Shown here one piece after another: positions 19,146-28,587 of a stretch of 64,000 bases of DNA. Where the stretch lies: the NCBI GenBank assembly GCA_000165345.1, contig CM000435.1, positions 512,001-576,000 on the forward strand, in the 5' to 3' direction. A program made the position numbers and the translations under genes. The notes beneath the pieces are model-generated. The model saw nothing but the letters and a program-made list of their open reading frames with translations. It was not told where the DNA came from and searched no databases. How positions within the stretch are numbered: position 1 is the stretch's first letter; each line of letters starts with the position of its first letter.

Positions 19146-21506
19146 CTAATTTTTTGATGTTCCCTTAACTATCAGTTCTTGTAATTCTGAAATAAAATGA
19201 TCGTTGTTTTCCACTCCAACCACATCAGAAATTGAGCTCATAAGAATATTTTTAAGATTTAAGTCATTTGTTGACCTTTGAAGAACACAAAGTACAACTG
19301 GTTCAGAGTCTTTGAGAGCAATAGGTGATAGCTTAATAGGCATTATTGGAGAGTTTTCTGAGTCCTTCTCAAGTAGATAGTTTGTGAATGCTAGCACTAG
19401 TAATCTTGTAATTTGTTTTAAAGCATCTATTTGCCTGGGAACAACTGAAATTGAGTTGTAAAGAAGAGCAAGAAATACCACTCCAGTTGAAATTCCTAAA
19501 AGGCTTTGAATGTACTCCTGATTATAGTATTTAAGAAGCGCTGAAAGGCTTGGGACTAGAGAAGATGTATCTCTATAATTATTAGATTGCATCATTCTAT
19601 TTGCAAGAAGTGCTGTAGTTTCCAGAATTTTTACCCCCAACTTTGCTTTGGCCATCAAGTCTTCTCTAGTAACATATTTTTCATCATATGGGTCATTTCC
19701 TCCATATATATTTCTCCAGTCATCAACAAGCTTATCAATATCTCCAGAGTATCCAAAGCCATCATGAGGTGCCAAAATATCCTGGCCTTGTCGATATCTA
19801 AAAGCTCTGGGTACAAGAGCCATTAATGGAGGCAGAATTATAGATGATGATCTAAAAATCTCAATAATTGGATCGTTACAGGCAATAATAGACTCTAATA
19901 AAACTGTCATGTAACTCTCACTAATATGAGGCATATGGAATAGACTTAACACGAAGTATCTTCCTTTCCTAATATTGAGGATTTTGTTTAAAAGCCAGCG
20001 TCTAGCATTCAAGCATGCAATATTTCTTTCTGCAAAAGAAATCTCAGAAACTTTAAAATGCTCTCCATTTTTATAGTTTGCATCTTCCACACTTGACGCA
20101 CCAAAAGAGTGCTTTGAAAACCCAAATAGTAGCTGAAAGATTAAGTCTATAGTGTCTCTTAATTCCTGATCGAGACGAAGTCTTGCCTGTAAGTGCCCAG
20201 TTGGACAGTTTTCAATTTCATCATCAAAGTAACTAACGTATTGCAAAAGGTCATTACCTGCTTCTATAATAGAATAAACCAGTGGTCCAGGTGCTTGAAC
20301 TTTTTTCTCATCTTGACTCCCAAATTCAGGAGAATTAAAAATATTGCTGTGAAGAACTTCAAAAACTTGCTTTGAAAGCATTTGATAATGTGCATTTCCT
20401 GTTGAAAATGAATAATCTCCATTTATAGAATTCTTTATTTGGTCTCTATTTTCTCCAATGTTTATTTCGTCTCTCATCTCCGAGTTATCATCCTTAGATA
20501 GGTTGTGAACTTTTATAAGTTCCCTAGCTCCTCTGACTGTTGAATATGTGGATTTTCCGAATTTGCGAATTCTATTAGAGTCTTGGTCAGCAATTTGCCC
20601 CTCTTTCAATTTATTTTTTGATCTATCTTCAGCTTCTTGTCCTACTTTTGTATTTAATTTGGACTGATCTTTATCCTCTGAAGAATCACTATTACCTAAG
20701 GGAAGATTATGCTTACGAGCAAGTAGTCTCCTATTCCACTTAGACGAATATGACTGAATTTCTGGCCTTTCCGCCATTTGCTGAAGCTGAATCCTTAAAA
20801 TCATATCAAAATCTCTCGAGGCCATTAGATTATTGTTTCTTGATGGATCATTTGAAAGACCAGAGTGATCCCAGTTTGATGGAGATGATAAGTTACATGA
20901 GATAATTTCAGATATATGTGTTTTTGTCAAAGGAGATATGTAGCTACTAAAAGGAATTTCAGGAACTGGCTCGGGCTCCTTAGAGGTGTCTTGTTCATGG
21001 CTTAAAATGTCTTGGTGGCTTCCTCTATGGCCTCTGCTTCCAGAATAGCTTCTATCATCGTTCCTTTTAGAAGAGGAGTGTTGGTTACTTGTGTTTCTTT
21101 GTTTATGTTGGAATGATGATCCATGTTGGCCTTTATTGTGTGAATAGCCTGAGTTAACTCGACTACGTCTCACATTTTGCTCGGCCTCAAAATCTGCATA
21201 ATTCTGTTGGTGTAACTCTTCTTGGATTTTAGTTGATCCCTGTTCCCTAAAAAAATCTTGATTCATCATCGCTGCTTCTATCTCCTCTACTGTTAAGGGC
21301 GTTTTTGACTTCATCAGCTCCTCAAGCCTTTTCATTTGGTTTGCCCCTTCCCGTTCCTGGTACTCTTGCTTTATATCAAAATGATTCAGGGTAATTGATG
21401 GAACCCAGTCATCGCCTACCTCGCCTACCTCAAATGTCTCATCATTATGACGATCATCATCCAAAAGTTCGTTTTCATTAATCTCAGAGTAATAGTAGCT
21501 TTCCAT
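19146..21506 (-). CDS. PAT1: PAT1-like mRNA decay / decapping activator
   Basis: 786 aa counted from the first ATG (the track start at 21515 is TTG). The N-terminal acidic motif DDDRHNDETFEVGEVGDDW matches the PAT1 DDX6-binding motif (..NDDTFG...DDDW). A Ser/Asn/His-rich middle region and a helical C-terminal domain follow. Confidence 0.65.
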   Translation of the reverse strand: MESYYYSEINENELLDDDRHNDETFEVGEVGDDWVPSITLNHFDIKQEYQEREGANQMKRLEELMKSKTPLTVEEIEAAMMNQDFFREQGSTKIQEELHQQNYADFEAEQNVRRSRVNSGYSHNKGQHGSSFQHKQRNTSNQHSSSKRNDDRSYSGSRGHRGSHQDILSHEQDTSKEPEPVPEIPFSSYISPLTKTHISEIISCNLSSPSNWDHSGLSNDPSRNNNLMASRDFDMILRIQLQQMAERPEIQSYSSKWNRRLLARKHNLPLGNSDSSEDKDQSKLNTKVGQEAEDRSKNKLKEGQIADQDSNRIRKFGKSTYSTVRGARELIKVHNLSKDDNSEMRDEINIGENRDQIKNSINGDYSFSTGNAHYQMLSKQVFEVLHSNIFNSPEFGSQDEKKVQAPGPLVYSIIEAGNDLLQYVSYFDDEIENCPTGHLQARLRLDQELRDTIDLIFQLLFGFSKHSFGASSVEDANYKNGEHFKVSEISFAERNIACLNARRWLLNKILNIRKGRYFVLSLFHMPHISESYMTVLLESIIACNDPIIEIFRSSSIILPPLMALVPRAFRYRQGQDILAPHDGFGYSGDIDKLVDDWRNIYGGNDPYDEKYVTREDLMAKAKLGVKILETTALLANRMMQSNNYRDTSSLVPSLSALLKYYNQEYIQSLLGISTGVVFLALLYNSISVVPRQIDALKQITRLLVLAFTNYLLEKDSENSPIMPIKLSPIALKDSEPVVLCVLQRSTNDLNLKNILMSSISDVVGVENNDHFISELQELIVKGTSKN

Positions 21507-21758
21507 TTTGATCAAAAATTTTCTATTTAAATGGAATTTGCTAAAAATAGCAAGTTAATCTCACTTAGATTTAACTTGTGCTACTAAAATTTCCTCTAAA
21601 CCGAAAGAGAAATTTATTTCTATTATTATATGAATAATTTACAATTGGAAGTTTGTACATTCAAAATAGCGCCAATAAATTGATATTAAGGAAAATAAAG
21701 CAAAGCATTGAATAAATTATTCTTTTCAAATGACTACATAAATTAAAACATAGATATG

Positions 21759-23668
21759 CTATAACCTTTTCTGCTCATTTTTTCCATATTTCATAATGAT
21801 TTCTGAAACCTTGGGGTTGTTAATGGCTATGGACTTTAAAGAAAAAACTGCAGCTTCTCTTAATAGTGGGTGACTTTCATCAACAATAGTTGTACATTCA
21901 ATTAACATGCTGATTCCTTTAGGAAAAGTTAAGAGGTCTAAAATTATATTGAAAACTTACCATCTTGATTTTGAGAGAATGAATTTTGGAGTTGAACGTT
22001 CCCATAGCAAATTGTAGAAATTGCTTGAATAATTGAAGCCATAGAGATTTCCTCGCTGACTAGTTTCCATGTAGCTTTTATCTCTTCAACTATAATATGA
22101 TTGGGACAAATTAAATGTCTCCTAAACTTTAGCATGATTCTCAGCAAGTCTATAAGGCTAATATTGACTTTACTAAAGAAATCAATATTACTTTCATCTT
22201 TAGGGGTACTAATTCTTAAAACAGAAACCCATCCTTTAATATTACCAAGCTTTGATATGCTGAACTTTACTAAATTTTTATTTTCCGATTTTAAGGACCA
22301 ATCTTCAATCTGAAGATTAATAAATTGCTCTAAATAGGAAACTCCCACTTTTAATTCTGAAAGAATTGTATCGAAGATTCCATCTAGAAGGAAAATTTGA
22401 GATATTATATTTTTATCAACCAATTCCTGTACATTTTGTTTCAAGTTAGGATTAGTTTCTATTTCAACACAAATTTCAAGCAAACAGTCTTTAAATTCGT
22501 GTTCAGTTATAATAGAAGTCGAAAGGAGTTTTTGGAGAATAATAATTTCTTTTGTTATTTTCGCATCTGAAATATCTATATAATTATTTTCTAACATTGA
22601 TAATTTAACAAAAGGCTCCTGCATTGTTAGGTAAATAAGTGAAGCATCACATTCGATAGTAGACTCTTCGGAATGTTTATAAAAATATAAATCACGAAAT
22701 GTACATGGATTTTCGGATAGCAAATGCTTGAAAAAAAAGAATATCCATTCTGATGATTTTAAGTTCTGAATAGTCGTATGTTTCAGTGTGTTAAAATACA
22801 TCGAAATTGCGACAAAAATAAAACATCCAAATAGTTCTTTTTTACTTATAATCTCTTCCAAAGTAACTGGCCTGTTTTTAATTAAATTGTAAATAAGATG
22901 AAATGTGCATGCAACAGTAGATGTTTCAATATTAATGCCTTGCAAATGCCCTAGAGACAAAGAAATAAGCTCAAATAAATATATATTAATACAACCAAAT
23001 GGATATATTGTCTTAAACAAGTATTCCTGAAATTTTATTAATCATACGAGCTAACTATTTTGTTACTTACTTGATAATCTGTGTCACTGTCAATAGAAAT
23101 GTTCGCTAATATCTGTAGAAACCTGCAACTGAGAAGCAAGAACTCATTGAAATGATAAGCATTATAGGGCAAGCCTTCTGGGGATCGATGTTCTAATACT
23201 TTTAAAATTTCGTATGAAACTAGGCTTAATAGCCCCGTATTCTCTTCATTCCGGAATTTAATATATATAAAATAGTTCAAATTTTTGAATATCTTAGAAT
23301 TGGAAATTATCTTTCTATTTTCAAAAGAAATAGTTGATATATTTCTAATTATCCCCAGCAAAATAGATAATTCGGATAGGAGCTTTAATTCAATAGGAGT
23401 GAAGCCTTGTAGTTGAAAAGATTCTAGAATAACTTCAGTAAGTTCCAATATAGTCCCTAAATATTTTGAACATTGAAATAGTATAGCTTCTTCGCTAGCA
23501 GATCTCTATACAAAATAAGAGCAAATTATTTATCAATAAGCAAATAATTGGTGCTATAATTCAATATCTTACCTTTAATATTTCCTTTAATACATGAAAC
23601 GGATCACTTTCTTTTCTTCCAAAATAGAGCTTTAGCTCTTCCATGTAATCAAAATATTTCTTTTTCAT
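21759..23668 (-). CDS. ATXN10: Ataxin-10-like armadillo-type protein, four exons
   Basis: Exons 23668-23573, 23505-23071, 23026-21961 and 21916-21759, giving 584 aa. Introns are 67, 44 and 44 nt, all with GTAAGT donors. The last exon encodes ...GISMLIECTTIVDESHPLLREAAVFSLKSIAINNPKVSEII, which resembles the ataxin-10 homology domain. Confidence 0.6.
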
Positions 23669-23764
23669 ACTCGATCCTGTTTCAATTTAATTTATATCGA
23701 GTCAAATATGTATTATCTCACTGATCATCTTAATTTGGTTCGATACTACAGATCTTAAAAGACC

Positions 23765-23772
23765 GGCGCCAA
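23765..23772. promoter_or_regulatory. E2F-like GGCGCCAA site in the divergent ataxin-10 / guanylate kinase promoter
   Basis: GGCGCCAA read directly. The GGCGCC/TGGCGCC class of motif is reported as over-represented upstream of Cryptosporidium genes. Confidence 0.3.
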
Positions 23773-23915
23773 GCTAAGTAATATGGCAAAATGTTGTTAA
23801 TAATACGTAAAAGCGAAAGTAAAATAGTCAAATTTTAATTTAAATTGCTTAAAAAAAGTCGGTAATTACTTTGTAAAAAATAGCTATCAAATAGCCCTTG
23901 TTTCTAATCTTATAA

Positions 23916-24497
23916 ATGAAGGATATTCTAGTCATTTGTGGCCCGAGCGGAGTGGGGAAGGGAACTTTGATTTCTCACCTTATGCAAGAGTTTCCTGACA
24001 AGTTTGGGTTTTCAATTTCCCATACTAGTAGAAGCCCCAGGGGAAAAGAATCTAATGGGGTAGAATATTATTTTTGCTCAAACGAGGAGTTTATAAACAT
24101 GATATCTATGGATGGTTTTGTCGAATATGCTGAAGTACATAAATACTTCTATGGTACCTCTAAGCAAGCAATAGAAGACATCATTAATCAAAGAAAGATT
24201 TGTTTAATTGACATCGATATTCAGGGAGTTGAGCAAATACAAAAGTCATCATTTGGTGATAGGGCATATTACATCGGAATTCTTCCAAAGTCTCAAATGG
24301 ACTTGGAAGAGAGACTTAGAAAGAGAAAAACAGACTCAGAGCAGGCAATTCAGATTAGGTTGCAAAATTCTGTAGAGGAAATTGAGAGGATTAATCGCAA
24401 TCCAAACATTTATAAGTTGGTTAATGACGATTTAAAAACTGCATGCGATGAGATTGCCAGATTAGTTAAATCATATTGGGAAGATATTTCTTATTAA
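23916..24497 (+). CDS. GUK1: Guanylate kinase
   Basis: 193-aa ATG ORF with P-loop GPSGVGKGTL, the GMP-binding block SHTSRSPRGKESNGVEYYF and a full-length guanylate kinase layout. Confidence 0.9.
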   Translation: MKDILVICGPSGVGKGTLISHLMQEFPDKFGFSISHTSRSPRGKESNGVEYYFCSNEEFINMISMDGFVEYAEVHKYFYGTSKQAIEDIINQRKICLIDIDIQGVEQIQKSSFGDRAYYIGILPKSQMDLEERLRKRKTDSEQAIQIRLQNSVEEIERINRNPNIYKLVNDDLKTACDEIARLVKSYWEDISY

Positions 24498-24623
24498 TTT
24501 ATTACTATTTTATAAATACTAATATTTCGTGCCAATTTCAAGAATTATTCCCGCTGCATCAAGCAAAAAAATTTAATTTAATAAATTTATTTTTACGACA
24601 TAAAAACTAGAAATTGATTAGTT

Positions 24624-25220
24624 ATGCGTTCAATCCTCTTCTATTTCATCCTATTGTTTTACCCAATTTCGACTTCATTGGGGAAAGAAAGCGAATTATT
24701 TTGGAAGGTGAAAACTAATTTAATACTTACTACTGATGCTAGATTCGAAGGAGCCCAATTATGTACATCATTGGAAGATGAACTTATGGAAAATGCAGAG
24801 GGTAGCGATATAAAATATGAGGAGAATAATGCTTTGGATTACAATTTAAATTCAAATAATATGATAGAGCTTGTTGTTACGAATTCAAAAGAAGAGGAAG
24901 TTACACTCTTTGTTACCGATGCTGTTTATAATTTGATTTACAAAAAGAAAGATTTAAGAAAAAACCCAAGTATATTTCATAGACCAAAATTCTCAGAAAG
25001 CACAGATGAGTATCAAAATAATAATGTATCTCAAGAAGTAGAGCCCACTGGAAGAATTGTATACATTAAAAAATATTATTCACCTGATGGTGCAAATAAA
25101 CATTTACCAGTTATTCAAAAATTTAATTATTCAAATATTCAGTTTTCCATTAATTCAAGTTCTGTGTCGGTTTCTGCGATGAATACTTTTAATTTTACAA
25201 ATGGTTCTGGAAATGAGTAA
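24624..25220 (+). CDS. Small secreted protein, unknown function
   Basis: 198-aa ATG ORF with an N-terminal signal-like MRSILFYFILLFYPISTSLG and several NxS/T sequons. No family recognised. Confidence 0.5.
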   Translation: MRSILFYFILLFYPISTSLGKESELFWKVKTNLILTTDARFEGAQLCTSLEDELMENAEGSDIKYEENNALDYNLNSNNMIELVVTNSKEEEVTLFVTDAVYNLIYKKKDLRKNPSIFHRPKFSESTDEYQNNNVSQEVEPTGRIVYIKKYYSPDGANKHLPVIQKFNYSNIQFSINSSSVSVSAMNTFNFTNGSGNE

Positions 25221-25550
25221 TTTTCTAAATACGAAAATTCAATTGATTAATGAAACTACTCTTTAAATTCACAATTTGAGCTAAATTTAAATTCTATAAA
25301 TATAAAGTGTTCTTAATTGTTTTGTTATTTTAATCTGTAATTTTACGTAAAATACAGTGTTTAACAGTTATTGTGATGATTTCTAAAGATTATTTATACT
25401 ATTGCTTTGGAAGCTCTATTTTCAAAAATAACTATTTCTAATAAAAAAGACGCAGTTTGGCAATTGATAGATCTAAAGAAAATTTGGTATGTCTTGTTCT
25501 TAACTCTTTTAATTTAGTTATTTGAACTATTTTATTACTTGTATTTGTTG

Positions 25551-28292
25551 CTATTGTAAGTATTCATCAACCTTAAGGTAATCATTCATATTGTTACCAA
25601 ACTCTGAATTTGATCCAAAGTTAAATTTAGAGCTATCAATTATGGCCTCCCTAAAGTTTTTGTCTAGATGGGTCATAGCTGTTGTGTGAGGTCTTTTTAA
25701 CTTCTTAGTTTTGCTATCCTTTTTAGGATTATTTATTTCATCTTCAGAGATGAAATTTGGCGAGCCAAGTAAGATTTTTTTCTTGAATGCAGTTGGCGTT
25801 GTCTTTAAATCAGCTTCGACTTGGTCTTTTTTATCAATAGCATGCGCAATTCTCTTTATTTCAGCCTAAAATTAAAATGATAGAGTAAAAGATATTATTT
25901 TGAAATAGTGAACTAACCTCTCTAGCTAATTTATCTGTCTTTTTAATAAACTCAGGATACATAGACTTTTCATAATTTCTTAGCTTTTGAACTTCTTCAT
26001 CTGAAACTTCAATCTTACCAATCTTCTTATCTGGGGATTTTAATTTTAAATTTGGAACATCTGATGATCTATCTAATGGCAATAGTTGAAGTTTAAATTT
26101 ACGACGATTATGTTCATCATACTCCTCTCGAAGCATTTTCTCTCTTTGTTCCATTTCCCATTCCACTAATTCATCATCATTTGCAGATATAGGAGGAAGT
26201 TCTTTAATTAGTACATGCCTTCTTGCTAATCTAGAATCAAGAGGATCCTCAAAGCTACCTTTAATCCTTTCAGCTTCTATTAGTTCGTTTCTGATTGAAT
26301 TAAGAGTATACTCAAAATCACCCATATTAGGTAGTATTCCTGATGAAGATAAAATAATTAGCTCTTCTACCGGAACTCCTTTGATATCAGGAATATCTTC
26401 AAACTTTAATTGCGGAAACAATTGCCTAGAAAGATGAATATTGAAAAGTTGAGAGTCTCCCGGAAGTGGAGCATCTTCTTTTTTGAGCATTTCCTCAATG
26501 AACTCTAATCTTTGTTTTAGATCTAAATTCATATTTTCATTTTCATTACTATTAAGAGCTTCTTTTATTGCTTTTGGAGAAATGTATTTGTTTGGAGAGA
26601 AGGTGATCATTGGAAATTCGCTATCATATTCACTTGACCATTCAATAATTGCGTTTTTAAGATCCGAGAGAAACTTTTGTTTTGCTTTCCTGGATTTCCT
26701 TCTTAAAAAAATATTTTTAAAACCCTTAGAGATCGATCTGGTCAGTGAAAAAGGCCTATCTTTAACTGTGAGTAAATCTCTTCTTTCCGCGATTAAAACT
26801 TTAACATCTTTCTTTGGTCCCGGATTAATTGAAATTAGATCTTTTAACTAAAAAGTATTAGTCTTGAAAAATAATAAACTGATCATACTCACCTCAGGTT
26901 CCAATATATTTGAGCGATGTAGAGGTAAAATACTCCGAATATTTTTAGTATTTGAATCCAATTCAAAAAAGTGAGCTAAGTAATCAGGAGGATTCACTCT
27001 ATCGCGCTCATAATCAAAAATGGGAAAATCACCCCAGAAGTACTCCTCGACAATATCTCTGATTCCATCGGGAGTATACCCTAATGGCATATCTAATACT
27101 GCCATATCTTCATCATTTAATGGGTCATTAACTCCTTTTCTTACATTTCTAAATGGAGAGCCTGCTGTTTCGAACATATGTTGTGCTTCCTGAGAAGTTT
27201 CAATAACTAAAATCAAGAGTATAAATAAAATCTAATAATGTATAACCACTTACACTCTAACTCCTGATCATGCTTTAACTGCCTCGATTTCATTTCTGAC
27301 AAATCTATGTCACTCTGTTGATATCCTTTAAGTTCAGGATGACTACGAATTGCTATTTTCCTCGGTTTACCAATTTCATATGGATATTTCAATATCCTTT
27401 CTTCTCCAGGTTCAATCTAATATAAAATTTCTAGCTAGATTCTTAATTTTCAACAAAAACAAACTTACCTTTTTATATATTTGTGTGTCATCCCATACTT
27501 GAATCTGTTCTTCTTCTGGTTCTATTATTGAAAATTCTTGTTCCTCTATTCTTTCCTTAGTCTTTTCTTTCCTAAATGCATTTTCAATTGCAATTCTATT
27601 TTTTTCTCTTTCAACAAAATCTTCATTTTCGAGAATTTCCTGAATTGATGAAAGCGATTAATAATATATTGTAGATTTCCGTATACTTACAAGTCTTATA
27701 TCTAAAGGGCGTGACCCATCAGTAACTTGAACTCCTTGATCTTCACCTAGGCTCAATGTTGAAGACACAAGATTAAAAGATCTTTTATCTTGATTTGAAT
27801 TAATTGCTTTGGAAGCGTATTTTTTTTGATTAACATAATTTGATTTTTCTTCATTATTTGAAGGAAAGACTTTAAATTGTCTTTGTTGTAAATTTAAAGT
27901 TGGACTGACCATTTTCAAGGACCTATGCTGTTTTCCAGTTTGTTGATTGCTATTATCGCTTAGTGGCTTTGATGCATTATGTTTTTTAAAAATTGAAAAA
28001 AATCCTGATTTTCCTGTGGCAGGTTGATCAATCTTTGAAATAGTGTTCGATTGTTTTACGTAATCATTTATTTGCTCATCACCTTCAAAATCAATTTTGG
28101 ACTCAGGCCCTAATAAACTAAAACCAGCAAGGCTAGTTTTGAAATTCTCATTTTTTTTTTCGTTAGAATATTCACTTGTTTCATTACAAAATATCAATCC
28201 TGATTATTTAAAGTATATTATTGATATTAAATCAAACTACTTAACTCACCAAGAATGTAGAGTAAAACCAGCGGGGCAATTCTACAATTCAT
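25551..28292 (-). CDS. Seven-exon gene encoding an 814-aa signal-peptide protein of unknown function
   Basis: Exons 28292-28250, 28199-27691, 27639-27469, 27416-27254, 27206-26893, 26847-25918 and 25865-25551. The six introns are 50, 51, 52, 47, 45 and 52 nt, with donors GTGAGT, GTAAGT x3, GTGAGT and GTTAGT. The reading frame is preserved at every junction, and the junctions link four track ORFs. N-terminus MNCRIAPLVLLYILGLIFC. Confidence 0.7.
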
Positions 28293-28400
28293 GTTTTTGA
28301 AGATACCAGACTATATAAACATTATTTTTAGGTTATCTTAGCTCTGCAATTTCACTCTCTAGCCTATACATGCATAAATCTAACAATCATTAGCCCGCCG

Positions 28401-28409
28401 TGGCGCCAA
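28401..28409. promoter_or_regulatory. E2F-like TGGCGCCAA site in a divergent promoter
   Basis: cccgccgTGGCGCCAAtac, lying between the gene starts at 28292 (-) and 28588 (+). Confidence 0.3.
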
Positions 28410-28587
28410 TACAATAGTGGCATGCTTTGTGATTTTATAATATAGTAAAGAGGTTGAATATAAACAGCAAATAAAAGGAAAGTAGTAGATTTAAATAGAT
28501 AGGGGTATTGTATATGCAAGAAATAATATTGCAGGATTAAATTTACAAAGATAATTAAGTAAATAATGCTTTGAACATTTTTTTGAA

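Noticed and set aside
21938-21960. A 23-nt intron as the last intron of the ataxin-10-like gene.
   Set aside because: It is much shorter than all 17 other introns (43-83 nt). An in-frame 44-nt alternative with a better pyrimidine tract exists. It is kept only as a possible minor isoform.
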